From the NCBI GenBank assembly GCA_051866635.1, contig JBJDXJ010000058.1, positions 1 through 64,000 of the forward strand: a stretch of 64,000 bases of DNA, read 5' to 3'. The DNA comes from Clostridia bacterium (GTDB lineage Bacteria; Bacillota; Clostridia; UMGS1883). The translations under genes and the position numbers were made by a program. Below, piece by piece: positions 40,616 through 50,632 of the stretch. How positions within the stretch are numbered: the first letter of the stretch is position 1; every line of letters begins with the position of its first letter. The notes under the pieces are model-generated. The model did no database searches and had not been told where the DNA came from. It saw only the letters and a list, made by a program, of their open reading frames with translations.

Positions 40616-42838
40616 TTATTTATTCGGGGTACGCCTCGCCTTAAAGAAGTTAAGCCTTAAAGCATTCATTACAACGCAAAAACTTGACAAACTCATTGCC
40701 GCCGCACCGAACATGGGGCTTAATGTCAAACCAAAGAGAGGGATATATACACCTGCCGCCAAGGGTATACCTATAACATTATAGAAAAACGCCCAGAACA
40801 GGTTTTCGTGAATATTTTTAAGTGTCCTTCTGCTCAATTTTATTGCTGTTACCACATCAAGAAGGCTTGATTTCATCAACACCACATCTGCCGCATCAAT
40901 GGCAATGTCCACCCCTGCACCTATGGCAACAGATGTGTCAGCACAGGTTAATGCAGGGGCATCGTTAATACCGTCCCCAACCATCATAACCTTGCCCTTT
41001 TTCTTCATTTCCGAAACAATCTTCGCCTTATCCTCAGGAAGGGTGTCTGCATAAACCATGTCAACATCTGCCTTTTGAGCAATGGCCTTAGCCGTCAGCT
41101 CATTATCACCTGTAAGCATAACGGTGGTAATGCCCATTTCTTTAAGCTCTTCTACAGCTTCTGCACTGTCAGCTTTTATTTTGTCACTTACTGCAATAAT
41201 GCCCAAAAATTTACTTTCCGTCGCAAAAAGAAGCGGTGTTTTGCCTTCATCGGCAAATTTTTTCACTTCATGCTCCATCTTTTCATCAAGTGACACAACA
41301 CTCTCTATAAAGGCTTTATTACCGCCATATATAGATTTTCCGAAAATCTTGCCTTTTAAACCGTTACCGGGAAGTGCATTAAATTCCTCCGTTTCAAAAG
41401 CCTCCATATTTTCCTTTTCCGCAATTTCAACAACAGCCTTTGCCAAAGGATGCTCGCTCTTTTTTTCCAAGGAATAGGCTAACTTTAGCAGCTCCTTTTC
41501 TTCACAGCAAAAGGGGACAACATCCGTTACCGAAGGCTTACCTTCTGTAATGGTGCCTGTTTTATCCAAAATGACAATTTTGCTCTCCCCTGCCTTTTCC
41601 AAGGCTTCTGCCGTTTTAAAAAGAACACCGTTTTTTGCTCCCACACCGCTTCCCACCATAATTGCAACAGGTGTGGCAAGCCCTAATGCACAGGGACAGC
41701 TTATAACAAGGACGGAAATTGCCCTTGCCAAAGCATAGCCCACACTTTGACCTACCAAAAGCCATACTATAAACGTAACTAACGAAATTCCCATAACAGT
41801 GGGAACAAAGACCCCTGAAACCTTATCTGCCACTTTCGCAATAGGTGCCTTTGTAGCGGCAGAATCTGTCACCATTTTAATAATTTGGGAAAGAGTTGTA
41901 TCTTCCCCCACTCTTGTGGCTTCGCACTTTAAAAAGCCCGACTGATTTATTGTAGCACCGCTTACACTGCTTCCCGCAGCTTTGTCAACAGGTACGCTTT
42001 CACCTGTTAACATTGACTCGTCAACTGCACTTTCCCCTTCTATAACAACTCCGTCAACGGGGATGCTTTCACCGGGACGAACCACAAAAATATCCCCGAT
42101 TTTCACATCGGAAATATCAACAACCTCTTCTGCACCGTTTCTTATAACCGTGGCACTTTTTGCCTTAAGCTCCATAAGGCTCTTTATGGCGTTTGTGGTT
42201 TTACCCTTTGAATATGCCTCAAGCATTTTACCCATTGTTATAAGGGTTAAAATCATCCCGGCGGACTCAAAATAAAACTCTCCCATTAAACCTTCGGGAT
42301 TGTCGCTTACAGTCATCATAAAAAGGGCAACAGTGCTGTAAACAAAACTTGCCGCCGCACCTAAGGAAACGAGTGTGTCCATGTTTGGGCTTTTATGAAT
42401 AATCCCTTTAAATCCGCTTATAAAAAACCTTTGGTTTATCACCATTATAATTGCCGAAAGCAAAAGCTGTATAAGCCCCATAGCCACATAATTTCCGTGG
42501 AAAAAGGTTGGGTACGGCACACCCCACATATGACCCATTGAAAAATACATAAGCCCAAGAAGAAATACAAGCGATACTAAAAGCCTGTTTCTGAGCTTTT
42601 TTACAGCGTCATCCTCCCCTTGCTCCTTTTTCGCTCCGGTATTTTCCCCTTCTATTCCGTAGCCTGCCTTTTTCACAGCTTTAATTATTTTTTCACTTGG
42701 TGCATTTCCTTCCACTATCATTGAATTTGTAAGCAGATTAACACTGCAACTTGTAACGCCCTTTACAGCACTTACTGCCTTTTCCACTCTCGCACTGCAG
42801 GCGGCACAGCTCATGCCTGTTATATTATATTTTTCCAC
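40616..42838 (-). CDS. copA: Copper-translocating P1B-type ATPase
   Basis: [38 protein letters not shown]. Confidence 0.96.
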   Translation of the reverse strand: MEKYNITGMSCAACSARVEKAVSAVKGVTSCSVNLLTNSMIVEGNAPSEKIIKAVKKAGYGIEGENTGAKKEQGEDDAVKKLRNRLLVSLVFLLGLMYFSMGHMWGVPYPTFFHGNYVAMGLIQLLLSAIIMVINQRFFISGFKGIIHKSPNMDTLVSLGAAASFVYSTVALFMMTVSDNPEGLMGEFYFESAGMILTLITMGKMLEAYSKGKTTNAIKSLMELKAKSATVIRNGAEEVVDISDVKIGDIFVVRPGESIPVDGVVIEGESAVDESMLTGESVPVDKAAGSSVSGATINQSGFLKCEATRVGEDTTLSQIIKMVTDSAATKAPIAKVADKVSGVFVPTVMGISLVTFIVWLLVGQSVGYALARAISVLVISCPCALGLATPVAIMVGSGVGAKNGVLFKTAEALEKAGESKIVILDKTGTITEGKPSVTDVVPFCCEEKELLKLAYSLEKKSEHPLAKAVVEIAEKENMEAFETEEFNALPGNGLKGKIFGKSIYGGNKAFIESVVSLDEKMEHEVKKFADEGKTPLLFATESKFLGIIAVSDKIKADSAEAVEELKEMGITTVMLTGDNELTAKAIAQKADVDMVYADTLPEDKAKIVSEMKKKGKVMMVGDGINDAPALTCADTSVAIGAGVDIAIDAADVVLMKSSLLDVVTAIKLSRRTLKNIHENLFWAFFYNVIGIPLAAGVYIPLFGLTLSPMFGAAAMSLSSFCVVMNALRLNFFKARRTPNK

Positions 42839-42842
42839 ACTA

Positions 42843-43130
42843 TCACCTCATTAATTTCTGCAACAAACACACAAGTTCATCTATCGTTTCGTCTTTTCCC
42901 TCTCTTATATCATTTGCAACACAAGTTTTTATATGCTCGCCTAAAAGCTCTTTGTTAAAAGAGTTAAGTGCCGCCTGTGCCGCAGACACCTGTGTTAATA
43001 TATCCACACAGTAGGCATCATTTTGAACCATGCCTCGAATACCTCTTATCTGCCCTTCAATACGGTTTAAGCGGTTAATCAGTGCCTTGTATTCTTTTTC
43101 ACCACGTTTTTTTGTTTTACAGCATTCCAT
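42843..43130 (-). CDS. csoR: CsoR-family copper-sensing repressor
   Basis: '[13 protein letters not shown]...[11 protein letters not shown]...HIKTC'. Confidence 0.93.
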   Translation of the reverse strand: MECCKTKKRGEKEYKALINRLNRIEGQIRGIRGMVQNDAYCVDILTQVSAAQAALNSFNKELLGEHIKTCVANDIREGKDETIDELVCLLQKLMR

Positions 43131-43142
43131 TTCATCGCCTCC

Positions 43143-43163
43143 ATATACCCCATGGGGGTATAT
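43143..43163. promoter_or_regulatory. CsoR operator
   Basis: atatacccc-atg-ggggtatat palindrome with C/G tracts just upstream of csoR. Confidence 0.88.
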
Positions 43164-43333
43164 TAAAGATATCACAAAACTCTCGTATTGTCAACAGTAA
43201 ATACTTCCTGCGTTTTATAATTTAAAAGTAGAAAAATATGTAAAAACATGTTGTATTTTGCTCTATGCTATGATATACTCACAATGGGATTACAATTTTC
43301 TAAGGATTACACATAAAAAGGAAGGAAAACAAA

Positions 43334-44227
43334 ATGAAAAAATTTCTTTTAATCTTTATGACATTGTTATTGGCATTTTCTATGTCTGCTTGCGGTCATA
43401 CTCACACATGGAACGAAGCAACTTGTACAGTGCCGAAGACTTGTCCTGAATGTGGTGAAACGGAGGGTGAAGCCACGGGGCATTTATGGGTTGAGGCAAC
43501 TTGTACAGACCCTAAAACCTGTTCAATATGTGGTGAAACAGAAGGTGTAGCCACAGGGCATTCATGGGTCGAAGCAACTTGCACAGTTCCAAAGACTTGT
43601 TCAATATGCGGCGAAACAAAGGGTATGCGAAAAGAACATTCGGTTTCTAATTGGGAAACAGTTAAAGTTGCAACCTGTTCGGAAAAAGGTGAGGAATCAG
43701 GAGTGTGCACAGTGTGCGGAGAAGTGCTTACACAGTCCATTGACAAATTGGAGCATACACCAGGCGAATGGGAAGTTACTAAAAATGCGACCGAGTCTTC
43801 TCCCGGCAAAAAGACACAAAGTTGCAAGGTGTGCGGAAAGGTAGTATCAACGGAGATCTTCAATCTGACTCCGGAGGAAATTGAGCAGCAGTATAAAGAA
43901 TCTTGTGTCAAGTATGATTACAAGACTATCGCAAGAGATCCTGACAAGTATATGTTTACTTATGGGAAATATACCGGCAAGGTTGTTCAGGTATTAGAGG
44001 ATGGAAATGATATTCAGTTAAGAGTTAACATAACAAGGGGAAGTTACGGCTATTATTCAGATACAATATATGTAATGTATACTAAAAAATCTGGTGAATC
44101 AAGAATTTTAGAGGATGATATTATAACACTCTACGGTATGAATATGGGAACAATATCATATGAATCTGTCTTAGGTTCCACTATTACAATCCCCTGTGTA
44201 TATGCAAAGTATATCGATCTCAAATAA
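43334..44227 (+). CDS. Lipoprotein with Cys/His-rich tandem repeats and a C-terminal OB-fold-like domain
   Basis: Lipobox MSAC; 'IARDPDKY...TGKVVQV...RILEDDIITLYG'. Confidence 0.85.
   Translation: MKKFLLIFMTLLLAFSMSACGHTHTWNEATCTVPKTCPECGETEGEATGHLWVEATCTDPKTCSICGETEGVATGHSWVEATCTVPKTCSICGETKGMRKEHSVSNWETVKVATCSEKGEESGVCTVCGEVLTQSIDKLEHTPGEWEVTKNATESSPGKKTQSCKVCGKVVSTEIFNLTPEEIEQQYKESCVKYDYKTIARDPDKYMFTYGKYTGKVVQVLEDGNDIQLRVNITRGSYGYYSDTIYVMYTKKSGESRILEDDIITLYGMNMGTISYESVLGSTITIPCVYAKYIDLK
43403..43636 (+). repeat. Three tandem 78-bp coding repeats (H.W.EATCT.PKTC..CGET.G)
   Basis: Units start at 43403, 43481 and 43559. Confidence 0.9.
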
Positions 44228-44473
44228 CTTTGTTTAAAATAATTCTATCGCAGAGCCTGAATATTTAATAATGACCGTTTACCGTTTTTTCGGCAGACGG
44301 TCTATTTTTATAGTCTAGGGAGAAATTCCGTCGTAACTTTAAAAAACGCAACGGGAATTAGTGCAAATGGTATTTGCTAAGGGGTTTTTATGTTTATACA
44401 AAAAGAAGCTCCCAATTTAGGGAAGTTCTCTTATCTTTTTTTAGCGGTTATTTTGCTACAAAACTTAAATTTA

Positions 44474-45262
44474 TCATTTTTTCACTTTTAATTCAGCAAT
44501 GGCACCGTAATGTAAAACATCAAATTCCCGGGGAGCAATTTCGGCAAGCAATTTTATATGCTCCTGTTCCCATAAAGAAATTTCCCTTTCCGTAAGCGAT
44601 GCCCCCACGCCTCGGCAGGCTTTCATTCTTCCGTTCCAGCTTTCAGGGGTAAAATGCACCTTCAAAGGATACTCCTGGTGATAAACAGTTTCAAACTTTT
44701 CTTTATAGCAGTCGGGTATAAATATCGGATGCACGGTTTCTCCCCTGCCGCTCCACTCAGGGCTGTATTTTAACACGAGCTTTTCGCTTTCCCCTGCAAT
44801 CTCATCTTCAAAGGGAAGCCAAGCCATATACAAAATAAGAATACGTCCGCAAGGCTTCAGCATACGAAAAAAATCGGTTTTAACCTTCTCGTGGTTAAAA
44901 TACCAAAAGCACTGGCACGCAGTGATTACATCAAATGAATTTTCTGAAAAATCAAGATTTTCCGTTGCCATTGTATAATAATCAATATCCATACCCTTTG
45001 ATAAAGCTTTCGCCTGCTCAATCTGATTTATGGATATATCCGTACCTGTCCACTTGGCACCGTAACGGTACATATTCCTTGGAAGAACTCCCGTTCCTGT
45101 TCCCACATCAAGGACGCTTTGCCCCTTTATACATAATTGACGCTTTATAATTTTATCATAAAATTCCTGAGGATAAATGTCACGGAATTTTGCATAATCA
45201 TTTGAGGTTTTGCCCCAGTCAAAGGCTTTTCCTCCGTCTATGTTTTTGTCTTTTATATTCAT
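44474..45262 (-). CDS. Class I SAM-dependent methyltransferase
   Basis: 'VLDVGTGTG', 'FDVITACQCFWYF'. Confidence 0.92.
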   Translation of the reverse strand: MNIKDKNIDGGKAFDWGKTSNDYAKFRDIYPQEFYDKIIKRQLCIKGQSVLDVGTGTGVLPRNMYRYGAKWTGTDISINQIEQAKALSKGMDIDYYTMATENLDFSENSFDVITACQCFWYFNHEKVKTDFFRMLKPCGRILILYMAWLPFEDEIAGESEKLVLKYSPEWSGRGETVHPIFIPDCYKEKFETVYHQEYPLKVHFTPESWNGRMKACRGVGASLTEREISLWEQEHIKLLAEIAPREFDVLHYGAIAELKVKK

Positions 45263-45339
45263 GTTTTACTCTCCGAAATTTATAAAACCGTAATGGAAAT
45301 ATCAGCCTATAAGCCGCATCAATCCAATGGGATATTATG

Positions 45340-46095
45340 TCAGGATTTTACAAACAAAATGTTATTTACCTTTTCGGTAACATATATTTCCCTATCGGTT
45401 ACCGATAAATCATAGCTGTCTGTAATCTCTTTATCATGCCTTTTCAGCACCTCTTCAAAGCCATATGCCGTATCTTTTTTCTTAGGGAAACGTATTTTGC
45501 TCATAAAGCAATCAGCTACTGTCATTCCTGCTTTGCCGCATATGTCCTGCCACTCATTTTTTGTGTAAAACTTAATGTGCCCGTCCTTTTTAAGTTGCAT
45601 ATATTCATCAATAAATCTGCTGTTATCACATTCATTGGGGCAGGGATCGGATATAAAGAAATATCCGCCTTTCTTTAATACTCTCCCCACTTCACCTATG
45701 CTGTGCTCTATATCAGGGAAATGGTGAAGTGCATATCTTGTGATAACCATATCGAAGCTGTCCCTTTCAAAAGGAAAATCAATTCCGTCATAACATACAA
45801 AGCTTAAATTGTTTAAATTTTCCCTACAAGCCCTTGCACGATTTGCTTGAAGCACTTTTTTTACAATGTCCAAGCCCACAACCTCACAGCTGTTATTTTC
45901 CTTTGCTATGGGAAAGGACATATATCCGCTTCCAACTCCCAAATCAAGAATTTTCATATTCTGCTTTATTGGCAAAAGTTTAATTATATTTTCCAAATGC
46001 TCATTATCCTGCGTTTGCCTATTATAAAATTCAATAGAAGAAAAACTTTCCTCAAAGCCTTCCATGGAAGATTTAATGCTTTCTCGTATATCCAT
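45340..46095 (-). CDS. Class I SAM-dependent methyltransferase
   Basis: 'ILDLGVGSG', 'PFERDSFDMVITRYALHHF'. Confidence 0.92.
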   Translation of the reverse strand: MDIRESIKSSMEGFEESFSSIEFYNRQTQDNEHLENIIKLLPIKQNMKILDLGVGSGYMSFPIAKENNSCEVVGLDIVKKVLQANRARACRENLNNLSFVCYDGIDFPFERDSFDMVITRYALHHFPDIEHSIGEVGRVLKKGGYFFISDPCPNECDNSRFIDEYMQLKKDGHIKFYTKNEWQDICGKAGMTVADCFMSKIRFPKKKDTAYGFEEVLKRHDKEITDSYDLSVTDREIYVTEKVNNILFVKS

Positions 46096-46243
46096 ATTTA
46101 TTATCTCCGATATTTCTGTTTCATGGCTTTATTACCCTGTGTTTTAAAATTTTCCCATGTGTTCAGTATAACATCTTAAGCCCTGTTCGTCAATATTTGC
46201 CAAAGGGAGCAGTTTTTAAGGATGAAAATACAAAGTTGAAGTA

Positions 46244-46294
46244 TTGACATTGTAAGCAATATAAGCTATAATGCAAGTAACCACTTGCATTATA
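46244..46294 (+). promoter_or_regulatory. Sigma-A promoter with overlapping TetR operator
   Basis: TTGACA 46244, TATAAT 46267 (17 bp); palindrome tataatgcaagt-aacc-acttgcattata. Confidence 0.85.
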
Positions 46295-46304
46295 GGAGAA
46301 AATT

Positions 46305-46877
46305 ATGATTGACGAAACACGAGAAAAAATACTACATTCAACTATGACTTTAATTATGGAAAAGGGCTACAGTGCTACCACAACAAAAGATATTGCAAAA
46401 AAAGCAGGGGTGAATGAATGTACCATTTTCCGAAAATTTACGGGCAAAAAAGAAATTGTAAGTGCCGCAATGAAACTGCCTCAATGGAACCCTTGCCTTA
46501 GGGAAAGCGATTTTGAATATACAGGCGACCTTATTAAAGATTTGTGCTCATTTGCAGAGGTTTATTCAAAAAAAGTAACACCCCGGATGGTAAAAATATC
46601 TTTAGGGTTACGCTCGCCTGATTTATATGATATAACTAAAGATGGCATACGTGAAATACCCGATACATTCAAAAAGGTTCTTGTTAAATATTTTACCCAA
46701 ATGAAAGAGGAAGGTAAAATTAATACAGACAATATAGAAAGCTTGGCTATAGCTTTTTTGGCAATAAATTTTGGTTATGTGTTCTTTAAGGCTTCCTTTG
46801 GTGACGCCTTAACAGAGCTTCAGTCAAAGGAATATATAGAAAACAGTGTTTATCATTTTGTAAAGGGAATATGTTAA
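46305..46877 (+). CDS. TetR/AcrR-family regulator
   Basis: 'GYSATTTKDIAKKAGVNECTIFRKF'. Confidence 0.95.
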   Translation: MIDETREKILHSTMTLIMEKGYSATTTKDIAKKAGVNECTIFRKFTGKKEIVSAAMKLPQWNPCLRESDFEYTGDLIKDLCSFAEVYSKKVTPRMVKISLGLRSPDLYDITKDGIREIPDTFKKVLVKYFTQMKEEGKINTDNIESLAIAFLAINFGYVFFKASFGDALTELQSKEYIENSVYHFVKGIC

Positions 46878-46916
46878 ATATGGTACTGAAACAGTACCAT
46901 TTATTTTTAAAATTAA

Positions 46917-46934
46917 TGCAAGTGTTCACTTGCA
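46917..46934. promoter_or_regulatory. Second copy of the TetR operator
   Basis: tgcaagtg-tt-cacttgca, same core as the 46267-46294 palindrome. Confidence 0.75.
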
Positions 46935-46949
46935 AGAGAGGGTGCAGTA

Positions 46950-47237
46950 ATGGTTTATTTTGTTGTAACATCATATTATGACGAGGAAAAGGACAAGGAA
47001 GGTTACCTTGAATATATTGAAAAGGTTAAGCGTATTGTGAACAAATATCACGGCAGATACATTGTACGTTCCGAAAAAATTACCCCGCTTAATTCCAATT
47101 GGAAGCCTGACAGGGTTATTATTATTGAATTTGACACTCGTGAGCATCTTGAAATGTGTTTTTCCTCCCCGGAGTACAAAAGGATTTCTTCATTAAGGGA
47201 AAATTCTGTTGACAGTAATGCTATTATTATTGAATAA
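46950..47237 (+). CDS. DUF1330-family protein
   Basis: 'YHGRYIVRS...W.PDRVIIIEF...SPEY...LRE'. Confidence 0.88.
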   Translation: MVYFVVTSYYDEEKDKEGYLEYIEKVKRIVNKYHGRYIVRSEKITPLNSNWKPDRVIIIEFDTREHLEMCFSSPEYKRISSLRENSVDSNAIIIE

Positions 47238-47253
47238 AAAAGGAGCCTGAAGC

Positions 47254-48081
47254 ATGAAAATAAGTAATAACGTCCATTTAATACGAAAAGAGTTCTTTGT
47301 TACGCCTTTTGTTAAAAGATATGTGAATATTTATCTTATAACAGGTAAGTTTTGTTATCTGATAGACAGCGGTGTTTGCGGCACAGAAACATTAATCGAG
47401 GAATACATGAAAACCGTAGGCAGAAAAATGACAGATATAAAGGCGATATTTCTCACCCATTCCCATCCTGACCACATAGGTGCGGCTTTTGAAATAAAAA
47501 GGCTCACCCATTGTGAAATATATGCACCTTCCCACGAACTGAATTGGATAGAGGATATCGACGCACAATTTTCTCAGCGTCCCATTCCAAATTTTTATAA
47601 CCTGGTGCCAAAATCGGTAAAGGTAAATCACCCATTGACAAACGGTGATACCCTTCTTTTAGAGGAAGGCATAAAAATCAAAGCATTATCCACTAAAGGT
47701 CATTCCCATGGCTCAATGTCCTATATACTTAACGATGAAGTTATTTTCACAGGAGATGCTATACCTGTGTCAGGTGATTTGCCCATTTTTGTTGATTATG
47801 AGGAAACATTAAAAAGCATTCACCTTATACAAAATATTCCAAATATTAAATACTATTGCCCGGCATGGGATGATGTATGCTCTAAAGATATGCTTGACGG
47901 GGAAATAGTCAATACGAAAGCAATGCTTTTAAGATTAAAAAATGCGGTAATTCAGACAGAAAAAGAATTTCCCGCACTTTCAAAAGAGGAAAAAATACGG
48001 GAAATTTGCAAAAGGGCAGATATGATAGACTTTTCACGAAATCCGCTATTTATTAAAAGTATTGAAGCGTGCAGTAAATAA
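47254..48081 (+). CDS. MBL-fold metallo-hydrolase
   Basis: THSHPDHIG, GHS.GS, FTGDA. Confidence 0.92.
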   Translation: MKISNNVHLIRKEFFVTPFVKRYVNIYLITGKFCYLIDSGVCGTETLIEEYMKTVGRKMTDIKAIFLTHSHPDHIGAAFEIKRLTHCEIYAPSHELNWIEDIDAQFSQRPIPNFYNLVPKSVKVNHPLTNGDTLLLEEGIKIKALSTKGHSHGSMSYILNDEVIFTGDAIPVSGDLPIFVDYEETLKSIHLIQNIPNIKYYCPAWDDVCSKDMLDGEIVNTKAMLLRLKNAVIQTEKEFPALSKEEKIREICKRADMIDFSRNPLFIKSIEACSK

Positions 48082-48182
48082 ATTTCACTAAATTGAACAT
48101 ATTTTTCTTTTGAGATAATATACTCTTTTCTATCCATTTTCTGAATACGTGCCTTTTGCAAAAACCATACTATAAATTGATG

Positions 48183-48773
48183 TTAATAGTCACTTTGCGG
48201 CAACTTGTTATACTGAACTATGTAGTCACCTGTAATTTTATTTATTTTCTTTTTATAAAGCAATGTATATTTTGCTTGTCCGATTGTATAATCCTTATCC
48301 CGCTTAGGAAAGAAAGAACGGCAAAAATGAAAATCAGAATTTTCAAGTTTGTCAAGAAATATGTATATATCTCTGCTGTTATAGGCTGATTGCAAAAGGT
48401 AATCAGCCTGTATTAGCGAAAATTTGTTTTTCCTTGAATTGTATTTAAAAATAATATCATTGCGGTCAAGCATATCTTCCAAAAATTCAAAATACTCTAT
48501 TCGCTCTTTCACAAAATCAAATTTTTCACTTTTTGACAATGTATCATAAGATATTTTCCCTCTCAGCACATAATCAAATACCTTTTCCCTCGATGCTGTA
48601 CGGAAAAAGTCATTGTCTATAAGCTTATGGAGTCCTGCCAAGTGCACAAACTCAGTTTTTGAAAAATTAATTGCTATTTTTGAAAGCCGCCCTTTTTTAC
48701 CGAGAACAATTTCATACTGCGTATCAATCAGATTTTGGAAAGCTAACGCACATCTTTGCAATTTGTCTGTCAT
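48183..48773 (-). CDS. PBECR4-domain protein (BECR-fold putative RNase/toxin)
   Basis: 'F...EFVHLAGLHKL', 'S.IQADYLL', 'CRSFF' pattern recalled for PBECR4; AT-rich; GAAAGGA RBS. Confidence 0.78.
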   Translation of the reverse strand: MTDKLQRCALAFQNLIDTQYEIVLGKKGRLSKIAINFSKTEFVHLAGLHKLIDNDFFRTASREKVFDYVLRGKISYDTLSKSEKFDFVKERIEYFEFLEDMLDRNDIIFKYNSRKNKFSLIQADYLLQSAYNSRDIYIFLDKLENSDFHFCRSFFPKRDKDYTIGQAKYTLLYKKKINKITGDYIVQYNKLPQSDY

Positions 48774-48795
48774 TGTAAAATCCTTTCACATAATT

Positions 48796-48827
48796 AAAAG
48801 CCGCCCTACCTAAAGCAGGACGGCTTT
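48796..48827 (-). terminator. Intrinsic terminator between the structured RNA and the PBECR4 gene
   Basis: Minus strand aaagccgtcctgct-tta-ggtagggcggctttt. Confidence 0.8.
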
Positions 48828-48969
48828 CAGTGCATTTTCTTTCAGCACTATGCCTACTCCGATTTGAGGTTTTACTGCACAAACCCCTCCCGAAAGCTCC
48901 GTATGCCAACGCGTATCGGTACGCCCACATACATCTACACTTTAACAGACACACCTGTTGCCTGTTATC
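48796..48969 (-). ncRNA. Putative structured RNA (~175 nt) upstream of PBECR4; candidate RNA antitoxin
   Basis: GC-richer than flanks, four hairpins plus possible pseudoknot, bounded by a perfect promoter and a terminator. Confidence 0.65.
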
Positions 48970-48975
48970 AGTATT

Positions 48976-49004
48976 ATTATACTTGAAACTTGAAAATATG
49001 TCAA
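48976..49004 (-). promoter_or_regulatory. Sigma-A promoter driving the RNA-PBECR4 unit
   Basis: Minus strand TTGACA (49004-48999), 17 bp, TATAAT (48981-48976). Confidence 0.88.
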
Positions 49005-49071
49005 TACATTTAAAAATATTTTGCTCCTATCATTAGTTTTTTAAGCGAAAAATGCAAGTAATTTCATTATA

Positions 49072-50298
49072 CTATCTGTCAAGGGGCAAAAGTACGCCTC
49101 TGCCATACTTTTGTTCAAAGACCATATGTGCCGCATTTTCAACATCTTTTTTTGTAACGGAATCAATGGTTTTAACTGTTTCTTCAACATCTTTTACTTC
49201 GTTATATAAAAGCATATCCTTGCCCAAAGCACTCATACGGCTTGAGGGGTTTTCCATATCCATTAATATAGCCGCCTTAAGTTGCTCTTTACCCTTTGTA
49301 AGCTCGTAATCGGTAATTCCATCCTTTAAAAGAAGGGCAATTTCCTTATGTATCAATTCTTCCGCATCTTGTAAACAGGAATAGTTTAACCCTGTATAAA
49401 CGCTGAAAAGGCCTGACACCTCCGTTTGTGAGGAATAGGAATAAATGCTGTAGCAAAGCCCACGTTCTTCACGTACAGAACGGAATATTCTGCTTGACAT
49501 ACTGCCGCCGAAAATATTGCTAAGCACAGACAGGCTGTGTCCCATCTTATCATCGCCAAAAGGAAGAGTGGGGAAAGAAAGGCAGAAGTGTGCCTGTTCA
49601 ATATCCTTTTCCCACGAAATATCCACAGGGGTAAAGGTGGGAACTATAATCCTGTCCCCCTTAAATTGGGTAAACCGTTTTTCAAAATATTTTTCTGCCA
49701 AGCGGGAAACTTTGTCCACATCAAACTTACCGCAAACGGTGATAACAGTGTTGTCGGGGGTGTAGTAGCGTGCCATATAGTCTGTCATATGGCACCTTTC
49801 AATTTTGTCAACAGAGTCAAAACTGCCTGCAATTTCACGGCCTATAGCACTTTCGGGGTAAACAGAGGCAAGGAGTCTGTCCTGAACCAAATCTTCGGGG
49901 CAGTCCTCGTACATACTGATTTCCTCTTTAATAACCCCACGTTCAATGTCAATATCCTTTTTGTCAAGCTTTGGGTTGTGGTAAATATCGGACAAAATAT
50001 CAAAGCTTAATTCAATATGTTCGGGAAGGGTACGTGAATAGTAGCATGTGCAGTCACGGCTTGTAAAAGCATTTGCCTGACCGCCCACATAGTCGGTCTG
50101 TTCATTTATCTCTTGTGCAGTGCGGTTTTCCGTGCCTTTGAAAACCATATGCTCGATAAAGTGGCTTATGCCCCATTCGGTTATTTTTTCGTTGGCACTT
50201 CCTGCCTTAACCCACACACCCACAAAAGTGGAATGTGCACCAATCATTTGTTCTGTTATCACACGTAAACCATTTTTTAAAGTTATAATTTTCGCCAT
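49072..50298 (-). CDS. M16-family (pitrilysin-like) zinc peptidase, YmxG/MlpA-like
   Basis: HFIEH inverted zincin motif, 'NAFTS', 'VREERGLCYS'; downstream of pnp. Confidence 0.93.
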   Translation of the reverse strand: MAKIITLKNGLRVITEQMIGAHSTFVGVWVKAGSANEKITEWGISHFIEHMVFKGTENRTAQEINEQTDYVGGQANAFTSRDCTCYYSRTLPEHIELSFDILSDIYHNPKLDKKDIDIERGVIKEEISMYEDCPEDLVQDRLLASVYPESAIGREIAGSFDSVDKIERCHMTDYMARYYTPDNTVITVCGKFDVDKVSRLAEKYFEKRFTQFKGDRIIVPTFTPVDISWEKDIEQAHFCLSFPTLPFGDDKMGHSLSVLSNIFGGSMSSRIFRSVREERGLCYSIYSYSSQTEVSGLFSVYTGLNYSCLQDAEELIHKEIALLLKDGITDYELTKGKEQLKAAILMDMENPSSRMSALGKDMLLYNEVKDVEETVKTIDSVTKKDVENAAHMVFEQKYGRGVLLPLDR

Positions 50299-50318
50299 GT
50301 AATCACCTAAAAATCAAG

Positions 50319-50479
50319 GAGTTGTAAAAAAAGTCTCTAAAGAAATAAGTTAAGACCATTTGGGACAGTCCCCCTTATGGCAAATTGGGAGACAATTTGC
50401 CAAAGAAACCTTGCGAGGTTTTGTTGGGACAGTCCCGAAATGGTCTTTTTGTTATCTCATGTTGACTTTTTTTACAGCC
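50319..50479 (+). mobile_element. MITE-like repeat, copy 5 (long variant)
   Basis: gagttgtaaaaaaagt ... actttttttacagcc; core matches copy 3. Confidence 0.85.
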
Positions 50480-50534
50480 ACCTTAACTGCCGATAAACTA
50501 AATTTTAAAATCCACAAGGATTGCTGCATCGCAC

Positions 50535-50621
50535 AATGAATAATTAATAATTATTGTGAATTTTCGCTTTCAAGGCGAAAATTTTCCGAAATTATTCATC
50601 ATTCATTCTTAATTATTAATT
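50535..50621. repeat. Inverted heptamer-repeat element around a tttcgc/gcgaaa hairpin
   Basis: aatgaat-aattaat-aattatt ... ttttcgc-tttcaag-gcgaaaa ... attattc-atcattc-attc; same design as 272-402. Confidence 0.65.
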
Positions 50622-50632
50622 ACCCTTTGAGG

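Noticed and set aside
45262-46118. Integron-like cassette boundaries before the two methyltransferases (similar tctccga-attt sequence)
   Set aside because: The similarity is limited to the RBS region; no attC-like structure or integrase is present.
48724-49036. Short ORFs (76 aa minus, 68 aa plus) as a protein antitoxin for PBECR4
   Set aside because: No RBS, they cross the terminator or promoter, and the composition is not protein-like; the region is better explained as structured RNA.
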